Part shown: one piece after another, positions 26,575 to 37,300 of the stretch | How the letters are laid out: each line of letters begins with the position of its first letter | Numbering within the stretch: position 1 is the first letter of the stretch | From: a bacterium | GTDB lineage: Bacteria; SZUA-182; DTGQ01 | Reading direction: 5' to 3' | Length of the DNA stretch: 44,148 nt | Assembly: GCA_040752695.1 (NCBI GenBank) | Contig: JBFMGO010000001.1 | Location: forward strand, 1 to 44,148 | Translations under genes and position numbers: made by a program | The notes under the pieces: model-generated | Told to the model about the DNA's origin: nothing | Database searches by the model: none | What the model saw: only the letters and a program-made list of their open reading frames with translations

Positions 26575-28476
26575 ATGAGAAGAATCACTTCCTTTTCGAT
26601 AAGAGCCAAGATGATCACTATGGTAGCAGGAGCCCTCCTTCTGGCTATCTTATCAGCCGCTTATGTGATGCGGGGCATGGTTTACCAGAATATCGTGGAT
26701 CAAAAGATGACCACGGCAGATATTCTTACAGCCTCACTGGTCCATGATATCAAATATGAATATGATTTTCGGTCCGGGAATCGGGAAAGCATCAAGGATA
26801 TTATCAGTAAATACCTGACCTACTACCGGGTCATCGAATCCATTTCCTTTTACGATGATAGTTACACGAATATTGCGGATTCCAACCCTGAGAAGGTCGG
26901 GGAAATCACTCAGGACAGGGAATTGGTCAGGGCCATCACTCTGGCCAGACCGAGTCTTGAAATTACCCGGTTGAGCAGTTCCAATCTCGGAATCCGGTCC
27001 ATCTTTCCCATCCTTCGAGGTTCCAGGGTTAAGGCTGCCATTGATATGCATATTTCGATCACGGACATCAAGGCAATCATGTCAGCCATCGATCATCGGA
27101 TCGCCACCATTTTAATATTTACAATCCTGATGGCTTGTGCTGCTCTCTTTATCTTGCTTCGCGGGGTGATTCTCCAAAGACTCAGTCGGCTGATGGAGGT
27201 AACTCGTCAGATTGCGGCCGGCAATTATGATATCCAGGTTAAGGATATACGCAAAGATGAGCTGGGGCAACTGGCTCAGGCCTTCGATCAGATGACCTCC
27301 GAGTTGCAGAAATCGAAGCTGGAGATTGAGGACTACAATCAACACCTGGAGGCCAAGGTACAGCAGGCAACTGCCCAACTCAACCAGGCTTACGAGGACC
27401 TCAAGAATACCCAGAGCCAGCTTGTTTTGAACGAGAAAATGGCTTGCCTCGGTGTCCTTATCGCCGGAATTGCTCACGAAATCAATACGCCCGTAGGTGC
27501 AATACACAATGTGGCCAGAAATCTTGAACAAAGGGTCACTTCTCTTCCAAAGACGCTTGAATCCTTCAAAAAAGACCAGGAGGCATGTATGGATAACCTG
27601 GTCGAGTGTTTTCACGACCTGATACAGGCCTCAGCCGGTGATCAGCAGGTTACCTCCTTCAAGGAGATACGCACGGTCGAGAGCATCCTCAGGGCTCAGG
27701 GAATCAATAATTACAGGAAGATAGCAGGTGTCCTGGGTCAGTTTAACTTTATGGACGCCGATAAGATTACACGATTTGCGAATCTTTTCAAGAGTTCATC
27801 TCTCTTTTCTCTTTTTGAATCCATAGGAAGCATTTCTCAGGCTGCCAGAATCGTCCAGACGAGTTCCAGAAAGATAGAAGAAATCGTTCGGGCACTCAAG
27901 TATTACGCCTATACCGATAAGGATAGAATTGAAATGACTCAATTGAACGAGTCTATCAAAACTGCGCTGGTCTTGCTGAGTAACAGACTGAAGCACTCTG
28001 TAGTTGTTACCACTCAATTGGATCCTGAGCTTCCGAAGATTTCCTGCACCAGCGAGGTTCATCAGATCTGGACCAACCTTCTCAACAATGCCTGTGATGC
28101 CGTGGAAGCTATGGGAGATGGCTATCAGGGAGAAATCCTTGTCTCTACCCAACAAAGGGCTGGAAGAAGCCCCTGTGATAACGGTCAGATCGTGGTCACG
28201 GTAACCGATAATGGAATCGGAATCCCGGAGGATAAGATAGGGAGGATTTTTGACCCCTTCTTCACTACCAAAGACATCGGTAAAGGAACCGGCCTTGGAC
28301 TTTCCATTGTCTCTGGCATCATAAAAAAGCATAACGGAACAATCCGTGTGGAAAGCAAACGTGGTCATACGGTTTTCGAAATCACCTTTCCCATAAAGGT
28401 AGAATTGCCCCACGAGGGTGAGCAGCCTACGGTGAAGCAGGAAACGTTAAGGGAGACAGCGATCAATGCCTACTGA
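26575..28476 (+). CDS. Membrane sensor histidine kinase (periplasmic sensor, HAMP, HisKA, HATPase)
   Basis: Two TM segments; HAMP DELGQLAQAFDQM; H-box IAHEINTP; NLLNNACDA, DNGIGI, FDPFFTTK and GTGLGL. Confidence 0.95.
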   Translation: MRRITSFSIRAKMITMVAGALLLAILSAAYVMRGMVYQNIVDQKMTTADILTASLVHDIKYEYDFRSGNRESIKDIISKYLTYYRVIESISFYDDSYTNIADSNPEKVGEITQDRELVRAITLARPSLEITRLSSSNLGIRSIFPILRGSRVKAAIDMHISITDIKAIMSAIDHRIATILIFTILMACAALFILLRGVILQRLSRLMEVTRQIAAGNYDIQVKDIRKDELGQLAQAFDQMTSELQKSKLEIEDYNQHLEAKVQQATAQLNQAYEDLKNTQSQLVLNEKMACLGVLIAGIAHEINTPVGAIHNVARNLEQRVTSLPKTLESFKKDQEACMDNLVECFHDLIQASAGDQQVTSFKEIRTVESILRAQGINNYRKIAGVLGQFNFMDADKITRFANLFKSSSLFSLFESIGSISQAARIVQTSSRKIEEIVRALKYYAYTDKDRIEMTQLNESIKTALVLLSNRLKHSVVVTTQLDPELPKISCTSEVHQIWTNLLNNACDAVEAMGDGYQGEILVSTQQRAGRSPCDNGQIVVTVTDNGIGIPEDKIGRIFDPFFTTKDIGKGTGLGLSIVSGIIKKHNGTIRVESKRGHTVFEITFPIKVELPHEGEQPTVKQETLRETAINAY

Positions 28477-30856
28477 AATCGACCAAGATAATGTATCCAT
28501 ACTACCTTCGCCGGAGCCTGAAGAGCATCTTGTCATTTGTGTGGATGACGACCAGAACTTTCTCAAATCGCTGGAGTTTTTTCTTCCTGAGAAGATCAAT
28601 CAGGAAGGAGATGCCCAGTCGTCGCAAGGGCTCTCTGTCTGGTACCGGTTTCTTTTCTTTGACAATCCCTTACATGCTCTCGACACTCTGAAGGAGCTTA
28701 CGGAAGACCGGGAAATTGTGGCTATGGTCATCAGCGACCAGAAAATGCCCGACATGAAAGGGACAGAATTACTCGCTGAGGCCAAAAAGATTTCCCATCA
28801 GAGCATTCGGGTTCTCCTCACCGGCTACGCAGGTGTGGAATCGGCTATTACAGCCATCAATGAAAACCTGCTGGACAAGTATCTCACCAAGCCAATAGAG
28901 GATGAAAACGACTTCATTGTGAGTATCAGGCATCTGCTTCAAAGATTCCGGATGCAGGGAACTATTATCGCACAGGCCAGGGTTATTCATGAACTGTACC
29001 AATTTTCAAATGTTTTGAATGGGATTGAGGATTTTCAAAAGACACTGGACTCTATTGTTTCTTTCACTGAGGAGATGCTCAGATGCCAGCGCATATCCAT
29101 TATGCTGGATGATGGCGGTCTGCTTCGGATCAAAGCATCCAAGGGCATTCCGAAAGAGGTAGTCGATTCAACGAGCATACCGATTGGAAATCGGATATCA
29201 GGAGAGGTTTTCCAATCCAGGAAAGCGATTTTGGTCAAAGACCTCGATGAGGTACCCTACCTGGACAGCCAGGTCGATGTCAGCGCCCAATCCTTTATCA
29301 GTGTACCAATCCTTCTGGCTGGTCTGTCTTCGGGAGATCATCCTCTGGGGGTGATCAACATCACTCAGAAAGAGGACAATCTGCCCTTTACCGAAAACGA
29401 TCTGGAGATATTGACGTACATCGCCAATACCGCATCCATCGCCATTCATAATCAAATCAATCGCATCCAACTCCAAATGGCCTATGTGGAAACCAGGACT
29501 CAGGCTGCCGCTCTTGAATATCAGGCCATGCACGATGCCCTGACCGGACTGCCGAACCGGAACATGCTCAAGGAGCGAATGCAGGAGGCTATTCTCGTTG
29601 GACATCGTGAAAAGATACCGTTCAGTCTTCTTATTATGGACCTGAATCATTTTAAAGAAATTAATGACACACTCGGACACCACAGTGGGGACCTTCTCCT
29701 TCAGCAGGTCGGGAGAAAACTCCAGGAGGTAGTGCAGGGAATGCCCGGAGCGGACGGAGCCCCTGTGGCGCCGGACCAAGATATGCTGGTCCGTCTGGGA
29801 GGTGACGAATTTGCCGTGCTGCTGCCGGGTGCAGGGATGGAAAGGTCGGTCCAGGTTGCAGCCAGGATCGTGGACGCATTCAGTCATCCATTCAATCTTG
29901 AAGGCTTGTCACTCGAGATCAGTATGGGCATTGGTCTGACCCTCTATCCGGACCATGGAGAGGAGGTCAATCTTCTCATTCAAAGGGCTGACGTGGCCAT
30001 GTATGTGGCCAAGCATTCCGGAATCGGCTACAGTATCTATGACTCCAAAACCGATCAATATAATCATCGCCGCCTGGCCATGGTGAGCGGGCTGCGTCAG
30101 GCTATAGAGGATAATCAGTTGGTCCTTCACTATCAGCCCAAGGTGGATCTTGTGCTTGGCCGCATCTCCGGCGTGGAGGCACTGGTACGATGGCAGCATC
30201 CTCAGTATGGCTTTATGCCGCCGGATCAGTTTATTCAGTTGGCGGAGCAGACCGACCTGATCAAGCCCCTCACCCTTTGGGTATTGAATGAGGCACTGCA
30301 TCAATGCAGCCAGTTATGCCAGGATGGCTTTGAAATCAGCATGGCTGTTAATCTGTCCGCACGAAACCTTCAGGATGAAGGCTTCCCTGATCAGGTGAGG
30401 GAATTGCTTGAGAAGTGGGGTGTGAAGCCAGAGCTCCTGGAACTGGAGATTACCGAGAGCACGGTAATGGCCAATCCGGAACTGGCCATGGTGATTCTTA
30501 AGCGCCTGAGTGATATGGGCATCCAGCTTGCCATTGACGATTTTGGCACCGGTCACTCTTCCTTGGCCTATATCAAGTTGCTGCCCGTTCACGAGATCAA
30601 GATCGATAAATCCTTTGTAATGAGTATGGGAGTGAACACCAATGATGTCATGATCGTAAATACAGCCATAGATCTCGGCCACAATCTCGGACTCTCGGTT
30701 GTGGCCGAAGGAATTGAGAGCAAGGAAATATATGACCGTCTGACTAATCTTGGCTGCAATGTGGGGCAAGGGTATTTCATGAGCCGTCCACTTCCGGCAT
30801 CACAGCTTATGAGCTGGATTATCGATTCACCATGGGGCGTGAAAAGACCCTCTTAA
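28466..30856 (+). CDS. REC-GAF-GGDEF-EAL c-di-GMP response regulator
   Basis: CVDDD, SDQKMP, LLTG and TKP; GAF; HDALTGLPNR and RLGGDEF; EALVRW, LEITE, IDDFGTG and VAEGIE. Confidence 0.95.
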   Translation: MPTEIDQDNVSILPSPEPEEHLVICVDDDQNFLKSLEFFLPEKINQEGDAQSSQGLSVWYRFLFFDNPLHALDTLKELTEDREIVAMVISDQKMPDMKGTELLAEAKKISHQSIRVLLTGYAGVESAITAINENLLDKYLTKPIEDENDFIVSIRHLLQRFRMQGTIIAQARVIHELYQFSNVLNGIEDFQKTLDSIVSFTEEMLRCQRISIMLDDGGLLRIKASKGIPKEVVDSTSIPIGNRISGEVFQSRKAILVKDLDEVPYLDSQVDVSAQSFISVPILLAGLSSGDHPLGVINITQKEDNLPFTENDLEILTYIANTASIAIHNQINRIQLQMAYVETRTQAAALEYQAMHDALTGLPNRNMLKERMQEAILVGHREKIPFSLLIMDLNHFKEINDTLGHHSGDLLLQQVGRKLQEVVQGMPGADGAPVAPDQDMLVRLGGDEFAVLLPGAGMERSVQVAARIVDAFSHPFNLEGLSLEISMGIGLTLYPDHGEEVNLLIQRADVAMYVAKHSGIGYSIYDSKTDQYNHRRLAMVSGLRQAIEDNQLVLHYQPKVDLVLGRISGVEALVRWQHPQYGFMPPDQFIQLAEQTDLIKPLTLWVLNEALHQCSQLCQDGFEISMAVNLSARNLQDEGFPDQVRELLEKWGVKPELLELEITESTVMANPELAMVILKRLSDMGIQLAIDDFGTGHSSLAYIKLLPVHEIKIDKSFVMSMGVNTNDVMIVNTAIDLGHNLGLSVVAEGIESKEIYDRLTNLGCNVGQGYFMSRPLPASQLMSWIIDSPWGVKRPS

Positions 30857-30868
30857 AGGTTTCTCTCA

Positions 30869-32851
30869 ATGGAAAAGACACCCCGGCATGACGTTATCCT
30901 CAAGATGAAAGAGGAATTACCCTCTTTACCTACAGTCGTAACACGAATTCTGAACATTGTCCTGGATGACAAAAGCTCTGTCAAGGATATTTCGGAGGTT
31001 GTCCGTGTAGATCAGGCACTGGCCTCAAAAGTACTGAGGGTAGTCAATTCCGCTGCTTACGGCCTGCGGGAGAAGGTCAGCACGATAGACCACGCCATGA
31101 CTATCCTGGGCTTTGATACTCTCAAGAATCTGTTTTTATGTCTTTCCATTTTTGATAATTTGTCGCAGGAAAATCAGACAGGATATTTATTTCCTAAATC
31201 ACAGTTCTGGTGTCATTCTCTTGCTGTGGCTATCGTGGCCAAAGGTATAGCTGTGCTCAAAGATTACCCCCATCCCAACGAGGCCTATGTGGCAGGTCTC
31301 ATGCATGATATCGGAAAGGTCATCATCGAGCAGATCATGGCTGTCGAATACCGCAACTATTTGAGAAGTCTCAGTATGAATCCAGACATGTCTCTGCGCT
31401 TTGAGGAAGAGAATCTTTCCCTGAATCATGCTTCAGTCGGTAAACTGGCTTTCGAGAAGTGGAACCTGCCGACCGTCTTGCAGAAAGCCGTCGAGTCCCA
31501 TCATGGAGCGCAAAGCAGTCATGGAGAACTTCATGAGCTTGCAGCCATCGTTTCCGTAGCTGATTTCATTTGCTGGACGCAGGCCCTCGGCTCGTTCAAC
31601 TTTTTTTTCCACCCCACACTCGATCCTCGGGTGGAGAAGATCGTCAATCTGAAAGATCTGAAAATTGAAATCCTTCTGGAGGAAATGAATAAGGAAGTAA
31701 CTCAGAATGCGAAGATCTTCAACCTAAAGATAGATGATCTCAAAGGTTTCAGGGAAGCACTCCAGAGAGCAAACTTTGAACTTGGAAGGATCAATTCCCT
31801 TTATGACGATACCAGAAAGCGGCTGGAAAAGCATGTCCATGAACTTAACACCTTGAATACAATCATCTATAAGGCACGTGAAACGCTGGAACCCAGCCAG
31901 GTAATTCAAAATGTCCTTCAGGGAGTAGGGGAAGGTTTTGGCTTTCCCAGAATCATCTGGTTCTCTGTCGATGAAATGGGAAAGAGTATTATCCCCAGAG
32001 CAACCTATGGCGAGTTTCAAGGTAATTTGCCCATCACTACGGTAGGGTGCACCTGGGACGAAGAAATTGGCACCCCGTTATCTACCTGTATTCAAAAGAA
32101 AAAGATCATCTGTCTTAAAAACGATCAGGAGGATGAGGCAGGAGCCTGCCTTTTGAAAAACCTGCAAAGCACTGAATTACTTCTTGTTCCCATCAGCACT
32201 GACCAGGGAGTCAGTCATCTGTTACTCATTGATAACGGGGAAGGAATTGTCGCTATCTCTTCCGATACAGTCAAAGTAATAGATATTTTGTCCTTGAATC
32301 TGGGAATGGCACTGGAAAATGCGGAACTCTTCCAGCGTACTGCTCAAATGGCTGTTCTCGATCCTTTAACCGGCATCTATAACCGCCGTCAACTGGACTC
32401 ATCGTTGAAGAATGAAATTAACAGGTCAGTTCGCTTTCGGCATTCATTTTCAATTGCTCTTTTTGATATCGATCATTTCAAATCAATCAACGATACGTAT
32501 GGCCATCAGGCAGGAGATCTGATCTTAAAGGACGTGTCATCAGTCATTAAAGACAATTCCCGGAATACTGACATTGTCGGAAGGCTCGGAGGGGATGAAT
32601 TCCTGGTCATTTTACCCAATACCGAAGCGAAGGGTTCTTTTACCTTTGCAGAAAGGGTTCGGCTCATCGTGGAGAAATACGGTTTACTCAGGCAGAAGAA
32701 TTTTCCAAATTGCCAGATCACCCTCAGTATCGGACTGGCTGAATTCAATACCTCCCTGGATACTCCCGAAAGGCTTTTGCATAAAGCGGATAAGGCACTC
32801 TATCAATCCAAACAAAAGGGCAGAAACAGGATCAGTGTGTTTAAGGAATAA
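30869..32851 (+). CDS. HDOD-GAF-GGDEF diguanylate cyclase
   Basis: LPSLP, VVNSAAYG and AGLMHDIGK (HDOD); DPLTGIYNRR; RNTD I-site followed by RLGGDEF. Confidence 0.93.
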   Translation: MEKTPRHDVILKMKEELPSLPTVVTRILNIVLDDKSSVKDISEVVRVDQALASKVLRVVNSAAYGLREKVSTIDHAMTILGFDTLKNLFLCLSIFDNLSQENQTGYLFPKSQFWCHSLAVAIVAKGIAVLKDYPHPNEAYVAGLMHDIGKVIIEQIMAVEYRNYLRSLSMNPDMSLRFEEENLSLNHASVGKLAFEKWNLPTVLQKAVESHHGAQSSHGELHELAAIVSVADFICWTQALGSFNFFFHPTLDPRVEKIVNLKDLKIEILLEEMNKEVTQNAKIFNLKIDDLKGFREALQRANFELGRINSLYDDTRKRLEKHVHELNTLNTIIYKARETLEPSQVIQNVLQGVGEGFGFPRIIWFSVDEMGKSIIPRATYGEFQGNLPITTVGCTWDEEIGTPLSTCIQKKKIICLKNDQEDEAGACLLKNLQSTELLLVPISTDQGVSHLLLIDNGEGIVAISSDTVKVIDILSLNLGMALENAELFQRTAQMAVLDPLTGIYNRRQLDSSLKNEINRSVRFRHSFSIALFDIDHFKSINDTYGHQAGDLILKDVSSVIKDNSRNTDIVGRLGGDEFLVILPNTEAKGSFTFAERVRLIVEKYGLLRQKNFPNCQITLSIGLAEFNTSLDTPERLLHKADKALYQSKQKGRNRISVFKE

Positions 32852-32931
32852 TATGAAGGATTCCCCTAAAGAGCCTGGCTATTTCCTCATAAAGCGGGGT
32901 CAGCATGATCTTATGCTTTTTTCACAGTGAC

Positions 32932-34308
32932 TTATCTCGGCGGGTCCGGGGGATCAGGGAGCGTTTTCAGGGTTTCGCGATATGTATTCTCTATATCGGG
33001 AATGATCTCCTTCAGGATGGTATCTTCAGATAGAGGGAGGATGCCCCTATCCGTTTCCTCAAAATCTGTCCCAAAATCCGTTAACCCGACATCGTGTACG
33101 CCTGCATCGCCTTCCATAAGGTCGATGGGGAGCGCAGCATCCGCCTCCGGCGTTTGCGGCTGCTGCTGCAAGATGGCACCATCCTGATGTTCTTCCGGCA
33201 CCTTTTGTTCTTCCAGTCCTTTTGGTCTTTCACTGGGGGGTTGTTCCTGGCCCAATTCCTGGTCCGGCTCCAGAGAAAGTGTCCCCCGGCCTTCCAGGGG
33301 AAATTCACCCCGAGCCGGCTGGTCTACTGCCGGTCCTGATTGCCCTGTTACTGCTGCTGGTCCTGATTGCCCTCCTGCTGTCTGCCCCGTCTGCCCCTCT
33401 TCAGAGGAGAGCTCTTCTCTGGCCGGTAGTCCTGCCTTTTTTTCCTCTGGTGCTTCTTTCTTTTTACTCTCATCCGATTTCGCATCTCCATCTTCCGATT
33501 GGGCAGCATCATTCTTTTGCCTGGCCTGGCCGGCTTGTCCGGCTTGTCCGGCAGGGGCTTTATCCGGGGCTTTCCATTCGGTGTTCATGGTTGTTTCCCT
33601 GATAAGTCCTTCCAATTCCTCCGGGGTAATCTTCATTTTGTCCTGCGGTATCTCGTTTTCCCTTATCCATGACTGCTCCATGGATTCGAGATAAACCTCA
33701 CCGGGAATGTCAGGGTCACTGCTTCGTACCACAAGATGCCCTGACTGGCAGACCACCTGAGTGATATCCTGGCCGGTTTCCGGCTGCTCGCTGGCAGAGA
33801 CGATCTCCTCTGTGCCCACTACACCGGCTACGGCAGTCTTGGTTTCCACCTCGAATTTATCATCAGGGCTGCTGAATTTGTCCACTACTGCCCGGATCTT
33901 CCCGACAGAAAGCTTGAAGAAGGATTGATTCAAGGATTTTTGCGGTGCATACAGAACTGCCTTGACGATCAGGCAAGAGCCACCTCCAAGGTGAATGGTG
34001 GAGCGATTGATAAAGGAGATCTTAACCTTGGCTCCTTTTTCCGTAGTAATTTCGTCGCGGGGATAGACCTTGTCCCCCTGCTGAATTGTATTTGCCGTCT
34101 TTTGGAGGTCATGCCGCACGGAGGCCAACCCCTCGACCATGTCTATGGTGCCGACGGGTATGGATGCGGCCAAAACCGGCAGGGGCAGGCCAGGAAGAAG
34201 AATACCGGCCAGAAAAGCAAGGCCGGCCAGAAAGGTAAGGCCAGCCACCAGGGTCTTTCCGCGAGCTCCTGTGGAAAGGATCTTACTCCGGGTGTCACAT
34301 TTGGCCAT
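32932..34308 (-). CDS. Exported FecR-domain protein with long acidic low-complexity tail
   Basis: Signal/TM segment; GDKVYPRDEITT, GKIRAVV and FEVETKTAVAGVVGT; RBS GAAGGAG 9 nt before ATG 34308 (alternative TTG 34326). Confidence 0.85.
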   Translation of the reverse strand: MAKCDTRSKILSTGARGKTLVAGLTFLAGLAFLAGILLPGLPLPVLAASIPVGTIDMVEGLASVRHDLQKTANTIQQGDKVYPRDEITTEKGAKVKISFINRSTIHLGGGSCLIVKAVLYAPQKSLNQSFFKLSVGKIRAVVDKFSSPDDKFEVETKTAVAGVVGTEEIVSASEQPETGQDITQVVCQSGHLVVRSSDPDIPGEVYLESMEQSWIRENEIPQDKMKITPEELEGLIRETTMNTEWKAPDKAPAGQAGQAGQARQKNDAAQSEDGDAKSDESKKKEAPEEKKAGLPAREELSSEEGQTGQTAGGQSGPAAVTGQSGPAVDQPARGEFPLEGRGTLSLEPDQELGQEQPPSERPKGLEEQKVPEEHQDGAILQQQPQTPEADAALPIDLMEGDAGVHDVGLTDFGTDFEETDRGILPLSEDTILKEIIPDIENTYRETLKTLPDPPDPPR

Positions 34309-34322
34309 AGCCGAAATCTCCT

Positions 34323-37300
34323 TCAAAATTGTTTAAGAATACCCAGGGTATACAGATTTCTCCGGTACTGCCTGTCGAGTTCCGGACGATTGAGGTTGGA
34401 GTGATTGACGATCCTGCTGTATTGCACGGTCAGGCTGTACCCTGCCCCGAGCTTCTTCAGCCAGGTGGTGCTGATGGTTCTCTTATTATCTTCTCTCTCC
34501 CGGCCCCCATAGGCAGGGTCAGGGTGGAGATAATCTCTGATAGTATAAGCCCCCGAAAGATTCAGTTCCGAGTGATAAAGAAAAGGGGTTCTGAAGTCTG
34601 CCGAAAGTTCATGCTCCTGAAAGGAGAAATAATCCGTGTCCACGTCTTCCCGGCTATATGCATAGCCCAGCCGGAACCGCTGCCTGCGGTCTTTGGAAAA
34701 GAAGACCTCTCTGACCCCGATGGCAACCCTTTTTGCATCCCTTCCGTTCAAAGATGGTACATCATCGGCAATCGGGTAGGTTTTCCACTGATAACCGAAG
34801 GGAAACTCCCTTTGCCTGGTCTTCTTCCTGTCCAGGGACAAAAGCAGGCTGACTTCCTCCATTTCGAGGTAGGGACGGTCATCGAGCAAGAAGCGGTTAA
34901 AGGCTGATTTGAATTCTACCCGCAAGGGGCCCTTTTTGTGTTCGAGTGTGAAACTTCCGATATGACCCCTGATATTATAAACCTTCAACTCATGGTAGAG
35001 GCTCTGGTAGAAATCATATCCAAGCAGAAGAAAAGTGTGCTCCTTGCGCCAGGGCCGAACCCGGCTGCTGAGGGTGAAGACATTCTTCCAGTCTGTATTA
35101 CCGGTTGCTTCTGCCTCGGATGTGTATGGAGTCATAAGGACATTATCATCATACTGGAGTGAGACAAGCAGGGAGAGAAAGAATATTTTTTTCTTCCGGC
35201 TGATTAAGTCCTGATATTTATTGGCTACTTCGTCTATCCGTGGATCCTGGCTCAAGGTTGCGGCTTTTTGCAATTCCTCCCGTGCCTCATCCAGCATGTT
35301 CTTTTGATAATAGGTCAATCCCAGATAAAGATGTGCCCTGGCTTCAGTCGGGTCTGATTGAATCGCCTCTTTAAACAGCGAAGCTGCCTCATCGTATTGC
35401 TGGTCCCGGTACCTTTGAATCCCCTGCCGGATGGATTCATATTCTCGGCTTGCAGCAAGGGGCGTGGAACAAAACAGATGGAGGCACAGGCACAGGCAAA
35501 GAATAAGAAAAGAGGAGGGGCGAAAAAGAAGGGGCGAAGGATGAGGCATGAATGACACAAGAGCCGGCAGGAAAGACAAACAGGCCAGCATGAGGGGCAA
35601 AAGAGCCACAGCAGCAAGGCCCAGGCAGATCGAAATTCCCTCCGGGATCGGCACTTCCTGTCCCCAAAAACGATTGCCGGGCGTCGGATTCTCCTGAACA
35701 ACATGAGCCGCACAGGCACTCAAAAAACAGCTTTTGGGTGCTGAATCCCAGTCGTCTTGCAGGGTATTTTGGGAAAAAGCCTGCGGGGGTGGAGGGGGCA
35801 TATCCTGTGGATCATCGGCCTGTAAGGCCAGGGACGCTCCGGATGCCTGTAGTGGAGATGGGGATGCGGATGCCGAAGAGGCAGCCTGAGCGGCAGATGC
35901 AGATACCTTAAGCCGTTCATCGGGGAGTTTTTGCGAGATCGGAGGAATGAGAAGATCTGCTTTTTTCTTCAGAATATTTTGAACCCAGTACCCTTCACCC
36001 GGCACCAGTTCACTGGCCCGGACATAATGAGAAGGGGCTCGTCTGTCATATCGGTAGAGTTGATCTTCCTTGACAATGGCGGTATTCAGCCGGTAGACAT
36101 CTTTCCAGCTTACCGGAAAGTGGAAGGGATTTGCGATCTGATTCCATCCGGGTTTAAGCGGAATCGGGTAATTTTTATCTGCTGATACAGCATAGCCGAA
36201 AAAAGTGACCGTTTTTCCCTCACGGCTGATGATCCAGACAGACTCTCCGGGAGACAGAGTGGAAGTATCCGGAAATTCCAGATATTTTTCCCGCACAGGG
36301 TCATAGCGAAAGAGCCGCCAGTAGCGGGGGTCATACGCTCCCAGTTCATCTTGAAAAAGCGGCTCGATTTCGTTGGTCAGGGATTGTTCGTCATCCGGAT
36401 TTTGTTCTTTGTTCATGGCCTGTTCCCGGGTCATGGTTTTGAGGGGAACTGAAATCATCTGATAGCGATCCTGCGTAATTCCGGTTTCCAGAGGCTTTTG
36501 GAAGGTCAAAAGGCCCGTCGGAGCATGCGTGAAATTCAGGACCGCAGTCGGAATACTCTGGTTTTCGGCCCGGTCACAGGCGGTGAGGGAAAGATACCAG
36601 GTAACATCATCGGTCAGGGTGATGGATGGTGCCGAGTTTTTTAATATCAGCACCTTTTGACATGCCATGGCATTCAGGGCTGTCGTGGAGTAAGTGCCTG
36701 ACGCAGAGTCAAGGACTGTCTCGATCACGTCTTGCCAGGTTCCGTAATAGAGCCAGTGGCCCAGAAGATCAGATTGCCGGGCGGATTCAAAGATGACCTG
36801 TATCCCCCCCCGATCGTCGGACAGCACGGAAAAGCCGCTCGGCGTTTGGGGTACGATGGAATAAAGACTCTCGTCACCTTCCCGGTCGCAGACAGTGACA
36901 GCGTAGCGGTCATCAGGAGATAACGCTCCAAGATCCGCCGATGTTGCTCCCATCATCGTCGGATGGATCATAATAAATGGACTCTCCTGTGTAATTTCAT
37001 CAGTGCCGATGTTCCCTGCATCCAGCACGTAAATCCGGTACCCTTTAATATCCTGAGCAGGATGCGGCTCCCAGTTCAGGATTGTACCGTTTGTGGCAGG
37101 CAGGAAGTGAAGGCCGCAGACAAACGGGACCGGTGCAGCAGAATGCGGTGCCGGCCGGTATGGTTCATAGTCTACCTGTCCATACCGGCCATCGTCCAGC
37201 CTGTCGTAAATCAGATGTGCGATAAGACTGGCAGTACTCATATCATCCTGTGATTGTGCCGTTACTCTCCTGGGGCCGGTGTCCCACCAGTTATCGGTGG

